Of a DNA stretch of 60,172 nt, positions 38,436-48,084 are shown in pieces. The number at the start of each line of letters is the position of its first letter. The first letter of the stretch is position 1. Location of the stretch: NCBI GenBank assembly GCA_964413095.1, contig CAYPRJ010000003.1:1-60172 (forward strand). The letters are read 5' to 3'. A program made the position numbers and the translations under genes. Origin of the DNA: Candidatus Woesearchaeota archaeon. Lineage in GTDB: Archaea; Nanobdellota; Nanobdellia; Pacearchaeales; GW2011-AR1. The notes under the pieces are model-generated. The model worked only from the letters and a program-made list of their open reading frames with translations. It was not told the origin of the DNA and made no database searches.

Positions 38436-38610
38436 AGCGAGGATACCACTGCTTTAAAGCAGGAAGGAATCGCCGTCCTCAAAATTTAATTCTGTTAATA
38501 AAGTAAAATCATACTGGTTATAACCAACTACTTTAGTTCTTCTCAACCCTGGGTTTGTTAGTTTTAACATTTTATTATTGATACCTCGCACTTTAGCGCG
38601 GGGTCATTCA
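38436..38610 (-). mobile_element. Non-autonomous IS200/IS605-type miniature element (palindromic ends)
   Basis: Ends TGAATGACCCCGCGCTAAAGTGCGAGGT and GGCGATTCCTTCCTGCTTTAAAGCAGTGGTATCCTCGC resemble the TAAAG-loop subterminal hairpins of this superfamily; no ORF. Confidence 0.6.
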
Positions 38611-38612
38611 TT

Positions 38613-39905
38613 TTAATTTTTTCTCTTCTTGCTCTTAACTTCAATTTTCTTTTTTCCATTCATATATTTTTGAAGAACTTTTGGAATTTTTACACTGTTG
38701 TCTTTTTGCTGATAATTCTCAAGAATAGCAACCATAATTCTTGAAGTTGCAATAGCTGTATTATTTAAGGTGTGCAAAACATATCTTTCTCCTTTTTTGC
38801 CAATTCCTTTAATATTCAAATCTCTTGCCTGATAATCTGTGCAATTACTCAAAGATGTAACTTCTCCAAAATCTTTTGTTGTAGGTCTGTAAACTTCAAT
38901 ATCCTCGCTTTTAGATTTCCAGTCCCCTAAATCTCCACTGCATGATTCAATAATTCTATAAGGCAGTCCTAATTTTTTCATAATCTCTTCTGAATTTCTT
39001 TTCAATTCATCATAATATTTCCAAGAGTCTTCTGGTTTGCAAAAAACAAACTGCTCAACTTTGTTAAATTGATGTGTTCTCCAAAGTCCCTTCTCATTAA
39101 TTCCATGAGAGCCAATTTCTTTTCTAAAACACATCGAGTAGCCAAAAAACTTCAAGGGCAAATTTTCTTCTTTTATTGTTTGTTCAGAAAGCATTCCTAA
39201 AATTGTATCCTCAGCAGTTGGAATCAAATACAAATTTTCTTTTTCAATTTTATACAAGGCATTTTTAAAACCTTCAAAATCACCTTTTGCTTTTGCTATT
39301 TCTTCTTTAATCATTAATGGAGGTTCAATATATTTGTATTTCTTTTTCTCCATAAAATCAATAGCAAAATTAATTAATGCCCTATTTAACAAAGCCAAAT
39401 CTCCCTTCAAATAATAAAAACCATTTCCAGAAGTTTTTGCAGACTCGTCAAAATTACCCAATCCTAAATTTTCCATAATCTCAACATGATTTTTAACAGG
39501 AAAGCTGAACTTAGGAATTTTCCCTGCTTTTTTCCCCACAACATTATCTTTTTCATCTTTTCCTTCCGGAACACTTTCATGCATTAAATTAGGAATTTCA
39601 TAAAGCTTCTCTTTAAGTTTTTCATAAATCTTTTTTTCTTTGTCTTCTGATTTTTTTATTTCTTCTGGGATTTTCTTTGCTTTTTTTATTAAAGAAGAAA
39701 CATTTTTTCCTTTCTTTTTTTCTTCATTAATTCTCTTAGATATAGAGTTTCTCTCAGCTCTTAGTTTGTCTGTTTTTAATTTTATTTTTCTCCAATCCTC
39801 GTCTATTTTCAAAACTTTTTTGACAATTAAACTGTCTTTATTCCTTTTTTTAATATCTTTAATATAAGTTTCAGGTCTTTCTCTCAAATCCTTAATATCA
39901 ATCAT
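38613..39905 (-). CDS. serS: Serine--tRNA ligase
   Basis: MIDIK, N-terminal coiled coil, IPN, PTAE, FRKEIG.HG, R.HQF.KVEQF, SNCTDYQAR, HTLNNTAIA. Confidence 0.98.
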   Translation of the reverse strand: MIDIKDLRERPETYIKDIKKRNKDSLIVKKVLKIDEDWRKIKLKTDKLRAERNSISKRINEEKKKGKNVSSLIKKAKKIPEEIKKSEDKEKKIYEKLKEKLYEIPNLMHESVPEGKDEKDNVVGKKAGKIPKFSFPVKNHVEIMENLGLGNFDESAKTSGNGFYYLKGDLALLNRALINFAIDFMEKKKYKYIEPPLMIKEEIAKAKGDFEGFKNALYKIEKENLYLIPTAEDTILGMLSEQTIKEENLPLKFFGYSMCFRKEIGSHGINEKGLWRTHQFNKVEQFVFCKPEDSWKYYDELKRNSEEIMKKLGLPYRIIESCSGDLGDWKSKSEDIEVYRPTTKDFGEVTSLSNCTDYQARDLNIKGIGKKGERYVLHTLNNTAIATSRIMVAILENYQQKDNSVKIPKVLQKYMNGKKKIEVKSKKRKN

Positions 39906-39987
39906 AACAACTAAAAGAGAATATTGTATTTAAATTTAATGAAACCAAAAAATGAAAATTTATAAATACTGTTTTCTAAATTAATGT

Positions 39988-40665
39988 ATGTTAGAGGTGA
40001 GCAATTTTACTTCAAGTATTATAGAAGGTTATGAAACAGTAATGGCTTCATTGCCGCCTTTCACAAGGAATTTTATCAATCTTTTTCTTTTAGTAGTGTT
40101 AGTTGTCATTTATGCTATTTTTATCTGGAAGTTTTACAGGTTTATTGCACAGAAAAATATTCTTGGTCTTGACCTTAACAAATATAATAAAACTTCACGT
40201 CCGCTTTTAACAAAAATTTTTGCAGGAGGACTTTATTTTCTTGAATATGTTTTAATTTTGCCGATTATAATTTTTATAGGATTTGGTGTATTTACTTTAT
40301 TTTTAATTTTTTTAAATGAAGGTTTAGAAACTCAAACAATCTTAATAATTTCTGCTACAATAGTTGCTGCAATAAGAATGACTGCTTATTATAAAGAAGA
40401 TTTATCAAAAGAACTTGCAAAAATTCTGCCTTTTATGTTGCTGGCTGTTTCTCTTCTAAATCCTGAATTTTTTAATTTCGAAAGAATCTTAGGAAACATA
40501 AGTCAAATTCCTGGTCTTTTAAATAATATTTTTTATTATCTGGTTTTTATAATTGTCATTGAAGTAATCTTAAGATTATTTGATTTTGCATTTTCTCTCT
40601 TTGGATTGCAAGAAGAAACAGAAGAAGAGGAAAAAACTAAAGAAGAATCTAAGAGTGGAAGTTAA
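39988..40665 (+). CDS. Multi-pass membrane hypothetical protein
   Basis: About 5 TM segments. Confidence 0.75.
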   Translation: MLEVSNFTSSIIEGYETVMASLPPFTRNFINLFLLVVLVVIYAIFIWKFYRFIAQKNILGLDLNKYNKTSRPLLTKIFAGGLYFLEYVLILPIIIFIGFGVFTLFLIFLNEGLETQTILIISATIVAAIRMTAYYKEDLSKELAKILPFMLLAVSLLNPEFFNFERILGNISQIPGLLNNIFYYLVFIIVIEVILRLFDFAFSLFGLQEETEEEEKTKEESKSGS

Positions 40666-40690
40666 TTTTGTATAATTTTATTTAATAAAA

Positions 40691-40906
40691 ATGGGGAAGA
40701 TTAGAGAATTGTCTGCAAGGAAAGTTATCAAAATACTAAAAAAATTTGGGTTTGAATATTTAAGAACCGGAAGACACGATATATATTATAATAAAGAAAA
40801 GAACAAGAAAATTCCTGTTCCAGTAAGTCATGGGATTATAACAAGAGGAGTTATTAAATCTTTAATTAGACAAACAGGAATACCAAGAGAAGAATTTTTT
40901 GATTAA
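40691..40906 (+). CDS. hicA: HicA-like mRNA interferase toxin
   Basis: KVIKILKKFGF...GRH......IPVP. Confidence 0.82.
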   Translation: MGKIRELSARKVIKILKKFGFEYLRTGRHDIYYNKEKNKKIPVPVSHGIITRGVIKSLIRQTGIPREEFFD

Positions 40907-41190
40907 AGGAATATTCTAGTAATCATTGGAGCAGTTTCTTCCTTAGTTTCTATAAGCTCCTTTTGTGTTTCTTCAGAATTTTCCAACACGATTTCTGCTG
41001 CGTCTTTAACATTCTCAAGAGCCTCTTCTAAAGATAATCCTTGCGAAGCTACATCTATTTGAATGCCTTGAGCAACAAAAAAAGTTCTGTTATCTATTTT
41101 TTCCTGAGTTATAATTACATCTAAAATAATCTTCCCATCATTAAGCTTACATTTCTTTTTCATTTTAGAATTCACTTCCTCATCCAACAT
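40903..41190 (-). CDS. hicB: HicB-like antitoxin (partial RNase H fold), convergent
   Basis: VASQG.SLEEALENVKDA. Confidence 0.82.
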   Translation of the reverse strand: MLDEEVNSKMKKKCKLNDGKIILDVIITQEKIDNRTFFVAQGIQIDVASQGLSLEEALENVKDAAEIVLENSEETQKELIETKEETAPMITRIFL

Positions 41191-41229
41191 AATTAAACAT
41201 ATACATATATGTTTATAAATATTTCCAAA

Positions 41230-41394
41230 TTATCTCCTTGTTAAATTAATCAAAAATTCAGCAAGATTAAAGTTATCACAAGACTTAAAAGAATGAGGGG
41301 TATTTTTCATGATTTTAAAATTTGTTTCATGATAATCTCCTCCACAATTTGGACATCTTGTTACAATTTCACTTGCAAGTCTAACGAGATTCAT
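41230..41394 (-). CDS. Possible 54-aa protein with CPNCG motif
   Basis: ATG-to-TAA frame below the track cutoff. Confidence 0.35.
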   Translation of the reverse strand: MNLVRLASEIVTRCPNCGGDYHETNFKIMKNTPHSFKSCDNFNLAEFLINLTRR

Positions 41395-41420
41395 AGTCAA
41401 ATAAAGATATTTTTCTTTAT

Positions 41421-41441
41421 AAAATTATTTAATTAGTTTTT
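41421..41441. repeat. 21-bp exact direct repeat flanking the thermonuclease gene (partner 42279-42299)
   Basis: AAAATTATTTAATTAGTTTTT at both positions. Confidence 0.7.
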
Positions 41442-41465
41442 CTAAGAAGAAACAAACAAAGTGGA

Positions 41466-42221
41466 TTAAAGTAAACTTTCACAAGCTATTCCGTCTTTAT
41501 CTCCGTCTAACCAATGAACATCATTATCTGTCCCGCCGCAGGTTTCAAAAACTTCTTGTGCTTCTTCTTGACTTGAGAAATCCCCGCAATTATAAACATT
41601 AGTGCTACATACATATTCTTTTTCTAAGGGAGCAGTTTCAGTTTTTTCAATGTCCCAAATTCCGAGATTATCTTTTTCAGCTAATTTTTCGGCATTTTCA
41701 ATCTGAGGGCATAATCTCGTGCTTTGTCCGTAAGGATAAGCAACACCATATCCTAATCTAACTATTTTTTCGTTGACAAATTCTCCTTCAGAATAGATAT
41801 ATCTCAATAATCTACCATATTTATCTCTTTCAGTAACATCCTTGACTAGTTTTACTTCTTCATTCAAAATAAAATCTGAAAGAAAATCCTTTGCTTCTTT
41901 GTATCCTTTTTCTCCGGTTTCAGGAGTATTAACACAAATTAATCTTACTCTTTCGCCATTTTCAATTTCAATAGTGTCTCCATCAATAACCCTTGTAACT
42001 AAAAAATATCCCTCTTGAATTGATTCTCCTGATATATCTGATTTTTCCGAAATCTCTACTTGATTTTCTTCTTGATTATTAATTGCATGTCCTGTAATAT
42101 CATTTTCATTTATAATATTAGAATCAGAAGAATTATTTCCGTTTGCAATTAATCCAATAATAATTATAACTAAAACTCCAATAATAAAATAAGGAATAGT
42201 CTGTTTGTTTAATCTTTTCAT
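41466..42221 (-). CDS. Thermonuclease (SNase) with C-terminal Excalibur Ca-binding domain
   Basis: [30 protein letters not shown]...[11 protein letters not shown]. Confidence 0.92.
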   Translation of the reverse strand: MKRLNKQTIPYFIIGVLVIIIIGLIANGNNSSDSNIINENDITGHAINNQEENQVEISEKSDISGESIQEGYFLVTRVIDGDTIEIENGERVRLICVNTPETGEKGYKEAKDFLSDFILNEEVKLVKDVTERDKYGRLLRYIYSEGEFVNEKIVRLGYGVAYPYGQSTRLCPQIENAEKLAEKDNLGIWDIEKTETAPLEKEYVCSTNVYNCGDFSSQEEAQEVFETCGGTDNDVHWLDGDKDGIACESLL

Positions 42222-42331
42222 GGATATTTTAGGGATTATATGTTTTTATTATTTTCTAAAACCAAAATCAAGATTCCTAAAATTATTTAATTAGTTTTTT
42301 CTTCGGTTTTCCCAATAAAAATTCTTATTAT

Positions 42332-43039
42332 TTAATCTTTTCTTTTGTTTACAATCAAAATCAGCAAAATTAGAACTAAAATTAATGCCATACTAGAAAA
42401 TAAAAATATCTGGAAAGAAGGAACTTTAGATTGCAATTTCTTTCCTTCTAACTCATCACCAGTATCACATAAAGTTCTCTCAATTGGTTTATCATAACTA
42501 ACATCACAATAATTTGTATCATAACACTCTCTTGTCATAACTTCATTAGCACTAACACAAGAACTCCATCCTGAACATTCCCAATTCGGACGACAAAACT
42601 CCCCTCTTACTAATTCTTTATCTCCATCATCATTATCGTCTTTTTCTTCCTCGTCTTCTTCCTGGTCATCTTCATCTTCTGTATCCTCTGTATCATTCAC
42701 TGGAGGAGTTGGTTGTTCAATATTTATTATAAAATCTAACCTTGTTACTTCAAATTCCTTAAATGTATAATTTCCAAGATTTTCATTATTAAAATAAAAT
42801 TTAATTAAACCCCCATATTCTGATTCTATGATTAAATTATATTCTCCATCTAAAATTACAGTACTCCCAACTATATTTTCATTGATTTTTGTTATTATTT
42901 CTCCAGTATTAACTTTTTCTCCGTTAGAATAATTTACCTCTCCGTAAAATGCATGCGGAAAAGAAATAGCAGATACAGAATTAATTAAAAAAATCAAGGT
43001 AACTATTAAAATTATAATTAAAGATTTTTTATTTAACAT
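42332..43039 (-). CDS. Secreted membrane-anchored surface protein with Cys-rich repeat
   Basis: Signal peptide, PHAFYGEV domain, acidic linker, C.PNWEC.GWS.C repeat, C-terminal TM. Confidence 0.75.
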   Translation of the reverse strand: MLNKKSLIIILIVTLIFLINSVSAISFPHAFYGEVNYSNGEKVNTGEIITKINENIVGSTVILDGEYNLIIESEYGGLIKFYFNNENLGNYTFKEFEVTRLDFIINIEQPTPPVNDTEDTEDEDDQEEDEEEKDDNDDGDKELVRGEFCRPNWECSGWSSCVSANEVMTRECYDTNYCDVSYDKPIERTLCDTGDELEGKKLQSKVPSFQIFLFSSMALILVLILLILIVNKRKD

Positions 43040-43763
43040 TTTTAGGTGATTTCTTTTTTATTAATATCACCCCTATTCCTACAATAGCAATAAATGCAAC
43101 CAAAACACCAATTCCTGTCCCAGATTTAACAAAGTCAAGTATTGCTGAACCTGTTAAAGGAGCATTTTCTTGAGAAGTTAATTCATCTTGATTTTCATTA
43201 TCTTCTTGATTAGAATCTGTATTTACACTGCTTCCAGTTAAACTTCCTCCAGAATCACCAGAAGAACTTGAAGATAAACTGCTGGAACCACTGCCAGAAG
43301 AACCTCCTCCTGAACTTCCACCTCCACCTGAAGAACCCCCAGAACTTCCTCCAGAAGAACCCCCTGAAGAACTGTCAGAATCTCCATCACTACTTTCAGA
43401 ATCAGAAGAAGTTTGATTTGGATTAGGATTTTCTAAATCTGTTGTGAAATTCAGTTCAGTAACTTCAAAAGAAATAAATTCAGAACTTCCAATTGATTCT
43501 GACAAACCTTCAATGTAAAACTCAATTGTTCCTTCTCCACTTTCAGATTCAACTACTAAGTCATATGCTCCCTCATCAAGAATTGATGTGAAATTATTAT
43601 CATTAAATTCAGCTCTTATCTCCAAACTCTCTTGTATTGGAGTTCCATCAGAATAAAAAACATATCCGTGAAATCCATGGGGAGTTGTAGGAGATTGCGC
43701 AAGAATGAGACTAGTTAGAAAAATTAAAGTTAAAAACGTAAAGATGATAAATGATTTTCTCAT
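43029..43763 (-). CDS. Secreted membrane-anchored surface protein with Gly/Ser linker
   Basis: PHGFHGYV domain related to its neighbour, SSGG repeats, C-terminal TM. Confidence 0.75.
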   Translation of the reverse strand: MRKSFIIFTFLTLIFLTSLILAQSPTTPHGFHGYVFYSDGTPIQESLEIRAEFNDNNFTSILDEGAYDLVVESESGEGTIEFYIEGLSESIGSSEFISFEVTELNFTTDLENPNPNQTSSDSESSDGDSDSSSGGSSGGSSGGSSGGGGSSGGGSSGSGSSSLSSSSSGDSGGSLTGSSVNTDSNQEDNENQDELTSQENAPLTGSAILDFVKSGTGIGVLVAFIAIVGIGVILIKKKSPKNVK

Positions 43764-43866
43764 ATTTTTCTAATGAAAATTGTCTTTAAAAGTATTGTTA
43801 TCTTTCAGAGATTATGTTAAAAAATAAAAAAAGAAAGAAAAAGAAAAAATAAAAATTAAAATTGGA

Positions 43867-45927
43867 TTAAAGTTTGTATTCGTAGTAGTCTAGGTTGCTA
43901 TTATATGGCTCTGTCATTGATAACCAGTAAGATTTTCCTGATTCTAAATCATCTTCACTAACACTTTTAAGGTTTCCATCTAGAATACTCTTATATAGTT
44001 TATAGCCTTCTGTAGATTCTAAACTTTCTAGAGATTTATTTGCATCTTCATATCCAAATATACCTACTAAATTGTATCCTCTATTTGAAAGTTTAATTAC
44101 CGGCATCCAAGGAATTTCTGAACTCTCACTCTCTGGATCATCTCGCGTTACTCCTCCTCGCGCATTTCCATATAATACATCATCATCTTTCATAAATACA
44201 ATGTAACCATACCCTGGAGTAATCTCTTGTAATGATCCACTACTCCATCCACAAGAACTACTTACTGTTTTGTAAATCCACTTGTTTTCATCTGTAGATT
44301 CATCATATTGGTATGACCAAACTTTATCAATGTTACATTTTACTCCTTCTAACACCTCCTGGTAATCGGTGCTTTCAGGAACAAAAGGAATTGATATCAT
44401 ATTAACTTTGTCTTTGTAAAGCGGAATCATCCAATCTGGTTTTTCTGCATTTACTACAACCATCGTAGTTTCGCTTGCAATATTTCCAGTTTTATCTTGT
44501 ACTCTTAACTCAACAGTATATTCTCCTTCTTCATCATATAAATGTGTCTCATTTACAATCGCTGACATATTGTGTTCTCCAGCAAAAGTTCCTGTGACAT
44601 TTTCATCATCTCCAAAATAAAGAGTATAGTTAGATAATGCTCTATCATCAGATACATTTGCTGTTATTACAACATCTTCACCAACAAGTCCGAAATAAGG
44701 TTCATTCATGAATTCTATCGTTGGATCTGTTGTGTCGGGAGTACATTCTGGGTCAAAGCACCATGGGTCGAAATCAACATCTCCGTCAGTTAATGCTTCA
44801 ATATCGTCGTAGGTTGTAACACCCCACCAGTTGTATGTTGCGTTTGTAATAAATGAATTATCATTTCTTACTGCTGGAGATTCATCCCCAAGAAAGCTGT
44901 TTCTATTTACAGTAATAGAATCCTTCCAAAGCTCTACAACTGCGTAGCCAATGTTGGAAGCTGAGAACTCGTTGTTTCTAATTTCGCTGTTTTCTGCTTC
45001 TGTTCCTAATACAAGATTGTTGTCCACAGTTCCTGTGAATGTATTATTGATGAAGTTAACATTGTCTGATCCTGTAGAAGTTGGAATACTTACATCTCCA
45101 TTAACATAGACCATCCGTAGCACATTATCTCCTATTAATGTATTATTCTCGAATAAAACATTTGTCTGTTCTGTCTCAGTAAGTATAACATACTTTCCAT
45201 CAGTAGCAGAATTAAGTACATTGTCTTTAATTTCTATATTATCGTTAGAGGTCTGAAGAAGAATTGCTGAATGTTCTGCAGCATTAATTGTAAATCCTTT
45301 CAATATTACATCATCACTAGTGACAGTAACCGCACCCGAGTATCCTGTATCTTGACCATTTATAGTCGTGGAACCAGGACCATCTACCGAAGTTAGAGTT
45401 ATATCTTTGTTTATCGTTACATCTTCTTCATAAACTCCAGCAGGAACTGTTACTGTACCAGTTGTATCTTCATTAATCGCATTTTGGATTGTTTGAACAG
45501 TTACTGGTACAAGATTTGTAACCTGAGAAACTCCATCAGAAGTTTTAACACTCCAATTATAATCTCCAAAATCAGTAGACTCTGAAGTTACAGAAAATGT
45601 TTGAGATTCTCCTGTCTCAATATCTTCTCCAGCATTAGCATCAAAAATACAAGAGGTAGAAGATTCTGTAACATCCCAGCCAGAAAGTTCTTCACAACTA
45701 ATTCCTGAAAAATCACCTGGTTTTTGAACTATTACTGTCATAATAGAATCTCCTCCAGTGTTTTCCACAGTGAACTCTAAATCTACGCTACCTAATGTAA
45801 GCCATCCGCTTGGACTCACTTCAACACTTGAACTATGAGTAGCACTAACACCACCAATCATCATGAACATCAAACCTGTCATTACTAGTAAACTTAAAAT
45901 TGTTTTTTGTTTATTCATATTTTTCAT
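43867..45927 (-). CDS. Large secreted surface protein (beta-helix + PKD-like)
   Basis: Signal peptide, TIQNAIN..V.VPAG.Y.E, parallel beta-helix, NATYNWWG, PKD-like Y...G.YTV.L.V.D. Confidence 0.8.
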   Translation of the reverse strand: MKNMNKQKTILSLLVMTGLMFMMIGGVSATHSSSVEVSPSGWLTLGSVDLEFTVENTGGDSIMTVIVQKPGDFSGISCEELSGWDVTESSTSCIFDANAGEDIETGESQTFSVTSESTDFGDYNWSVKTSDGVSQVTNLVPVTVQTIQNAINEDTTGTVTVPAGVYEEDVTINKDITLTSVDGPGSTTINGQDTGYSGAVTVTSDDVILKGFTINAAEHSAILLQTSNDNIEIKDNVLNSATDGKYVILTETEQTNVLFENNTLIGDNVLRMVYVNGDVSIPTSTGSDNVNFINNTFTGTVDNNLVLGTEAENSEIRNNEFSASNIGYAVVELWKDSITVNRNSFLGDESPAVRNDNSFITNATYNWWGVTTYDDIEALTDGDVDFDPWCFDPECTPDTTDPTIEFMNEPYFGLVGEDVVITANVSDDRALSNYTLYFGDDENVTGTFAGEHNMSAIVNETHLYDEEGEYTVELRVQDKTGNIASETTMVVVNAEKPDWMIPLYKDKVNMISIPFVPESTDYQEVLEGVKCNIDKVWSYQYDESTDENKWIYKTVSSSCGWSSGSLQEITPGYGYIVFMKDDDVLYGNARGGVTRDDPESESSEIPWMPVIKLSNRGYNLVGIFGYEDANKSLESLESTEGYKLYKSILDGNLKSVSEDDLESGKSYWLSMTEPYNSNLDYYEYKL

Positions 45928-45933
45928 ATTCGT

Positions 45934-46212
45934 TTATTTTAAACCTCCTTTCAGCTCTGTTTCTAAATCATCTGCGAGACAGACTAAGCTGTTATACTCA
46001 TCTAATTTGTTATATGTATAACTATGATATGTATAACCATGAATTAATGAAAAAGTTTGTGAAGCTTGTGAAGATTTGTGAAATGAAGAATAAGAACAAG
46101 GATTAGAGTGATAATAAGAATGTAATAATGAGTGTTGGAATAAGAGCGAGGATGATAAAAGATGAGAACAAATTGAAGTGTTTGAAGAATTAATTAAATC
46201 TTTTCTTGACAT
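45934..46212 (-). CDS. Ser/His/Tyr-rich ORF, or an untranslated leader
   Basis: Open frame after a TATA-like box; its end contains the GGAGG SD of the next gene. Confidence 0.35.
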   Translation of the reverse strand: MSRKDLINSSNTSICSHLLSSSLLFQHSLLHSYYHSNPCSYSSFHKSSQASQTFSLIHGYTYHSYTYNKLDEYNSLVCLADDLETELKGGLK

Positions 46213-46246
46213 ACTCTTTTCAGTTTAATTTTATTTAAAAACATTA

Positions 46247-46290
46247 TTATCCTCGAGAAATAGGTTTTTGTTGTTATTTGAGGTGGTGAA
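46247..46290. repeat. Junction repeat R, copy 1 (others: 47365-47380 partial, 48243-48286, 48886-48928, 49827-49867)
   Basis: Consensus TTATCCTCGAGAAAATACTTTTTGTTGTTATTTGAGGTGGTGAA. Confidence 0.85.
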
Positions 46291-46318
46291 AATTTTGCAA
46301 AAACCCCATGTTACCATA

Positions 46319-46378
46319 ATGAAATCTTCTAAAAATAGAAAGATTGTAATTTATATTGATGGAAGCAAATTATCTTGA
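46319..46378 (+). pseudogene. N-terminal remnant of a NYN-domain-like gene
   Basis: MKSSKNRKIVIYIDGSK then stop; tandem GATGGAAGCAAAT duplication. Confidence 0.4.
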
Positions 46379-46680
46379 TGGAAGCAAATCTTCTTGAAAA
46401 AAATAGAAATGTTTTTAAAATTGACTATATTATAAATAACATGAATAAAAAAGTTTGTATTAATATTATAATAGAAAAAGAAAAACAAGATTCAAATGTC
46501 TTTTTTGTAGCTTCAAGTCCCAACATAAATGTTTTTGCAGAAGGAAAAAATATTGACGAAGTAAGAAGTAAATTCATTGAAGGAGTTAAACATCACTTTG
46601 AAACTTTTCCAGAAGAAAGAGAATTACTCATCAAAAAAGAAAAATGCGAAAGACCATTAATTCAAAGAATTTTTCTATAA
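46375..46680 (+). CDS. hicB: HicB-like antitoxin
   Basis: FFVASSPNINVFAEGKNIDEV...F.EG; start may be MNKKV. Confidence 0.75.
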   Translation: MMEANLLEKNRNVFKIDYIINNMNKKVCINIIIEKEKQDSNVFFVASSPNINVFAEGKNIDEVRSKFIEGVKHHFETFPEERELLIKKEKCERPLIQRIFL

Positions 46681-46884
46681 TTAATAAAATTCTTCCTTAG
46701 GTATTCCTGTAAAACGGGATATTTTATTGAAAACGCCGATTGTTGTCAAGGGCAACACAACTGTTATGTGAATTTCTCCATTAGATAAAGAAACATGACT
46801 GCCCCTTCTACTTTTAATCTCATAACCATTCTTTATCAAAACCTTGATTATGTTCTGACCTTTCACCACTTTTGGAGTTTTCAT
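46681..46884 (-). CDS. hicA: HicA-like toxin, convergent
   Basis: IIKVLIKNGY...RRGSHV.L...ITV.LP. Confidence 0.8.
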   Translation of the reverse strand: MKTPKVVKGQNIIKVLIKNGYEIKSRRGSHVSLSNGEIHITVVLPLTTIGVFNKISRFTGIPKEEFY

Positions 46885-46935
46885 TTATCTATTGATATTA
46901 TTTTATTTAAAAATATTTTATTATAAATTATATAA

Positions 46936-47214
46936 TTAAAAGTTTATTTCAGATTGTAAATTAAAAGAATTATTACCCTTTAAAGAATATCTTACAAAAC
47001 TCTTTTCCTGAAATCTGAACCAGCTTGGCCATTCTTGTTTTCGTTTGCTTAAATTAAATATTTTATATCCTGTAAGTTCATTTGTCTCTTTGCTTCGTCC
47101 TTCAAATAAGTCATCATCTATTTCATTATAATAAGAAGGTACAGGGTCTCCTATAAAAATCTCCAAAAGATCTGTTTCAGGACTGTAATTTATTTCTATT
47201 TTTTTATTTATCAT
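46936..47214 (-). CDS. DUF2283-like antitoxin, chimeric copy
   Basis: INYSPETDLLEIFIG; nearly identical to 48944-49180 up to KQEW, then unrelated. Confidence 0.7.
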   Translation of the reverse strand: MINKKIEINYSPETDLLEIFIGDPVPSYYNEIDDDLFEGRSKETNELTGYKIFNLSKRKQEWPSWFRFQEKSFVRYSLKGNNSFNLQSEINF

Positions 47215-47334
47215 TTTTTCTTAATGTGCTGAGTGTAAAATGATGTAATTACAAAACCCTCGCCATTTAAATGTTCTTTGTCAGCTTTATTTTTCTCCTT
47301 GTTTTATCTTTAACTTCAAAAATAATATCATCAT
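47212..47334 (-). pseudogene. Internally deleted copy of the toxin-like gene at 49500-49796
   Basis: 5' IIFEVKDKTRRKIKLTK fused directly to 3' HLNGEGFVITSFYTQHIKK. Confidence 0.75.
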
Positions 47335-47379
47335 TAATTAATCAAAAGAACAAGCTATAAAAAATTATCGTCGAGAAAA

Positions 47380-47736
47380 TTATTCACAACTTGCAATTAA
47401 CGGACTGGTATATTCAGACTTTCTTAATGGAGGCAGTTGAACTCTTATCTTTTTCCCATCTTTTTCAAAAACAAGAACAATGAACCAATTATTTCTGTAA
47501 TTCTTATATTCTATTAAAACATTTTCAACAGATTCTAATAAAGATTTTGTAATAATTTTATTCAAAGCAGAAAAAAATTCACTTGCATAAAATATTTCCA
47601 GTCCAACAATACCCCTGTCTTTGTCAATATCTATATTCAAAAATTCAGAAAATTCAACTGTTTCATTTGGTTTATGCTCATCATCATAAACAGTGAATAC
47701 ATCATCTTCTTCATTATAATGTATTTTTATTCCCAT
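47380..47736 (-). CDS. DUF2283-like protein
   Basis: IHYNEEDDV, IDIDKDRGIVGLEIF.AS. Confidence 0.8.
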   Translation of the reverse strand: MGIKIHYNEEDDVFTVYDDEHKPNETVEFSEFLNIDIDKDRGIVGLEIFYASEFFSALNKIITKSLLESVENVLIEYKNYRNNWFIVLVFEKDGKKIRVQLPPLRKSEYTSPLIASCE

Positions 47737-47751
47737 AGTTATTATAACAAA

Positions 47752-48084
47752 TTATACTTTTTTAAACTTTCTCTTATAATTTTTTAGTGTTTGTCTCCCA
47801 ATTGAATAAACTGTGATTATTCTTATTTTCTCAGTAAATTTCAAGACATAAACTCTGCCGGTTTTTGAACTGTAGACAAAATATAACTTATATCTGGTTT
47901 CTCCTTGCTCTTTTTGTTTATCAACAAATTCAACACATTCATAATTAAGTATTTCTTTCTCCATCTCTTCTTTAGAACAGCCATTTCTGAATTCAAGATA
48001 ATCTATGGGCTTCCCCCATTCAAAACCTTTTTCTTTATATTTTTCAATTAATATTCTCAGTTCCTCAAAATAATTTTTAGCCAT
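47752..48084 (-). CDS. DUF4258/BrnT-like toxin candidate
   Basis: RYKLYF.YS, IRIITVY at C terminus; upstream of a DUF2283-like gene. Confidence 0.55.
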   Translation of the reverse strand: MAKNYFEELRILIEKYKEKGFEWGKPIDYLEFRNGCSKEEMEKEILNYECVEFVDKQKEQGETRYKLYFVYSSKTGRVYVLKFTEKIRIITVYSIGRQTLKNYKRKFKKV

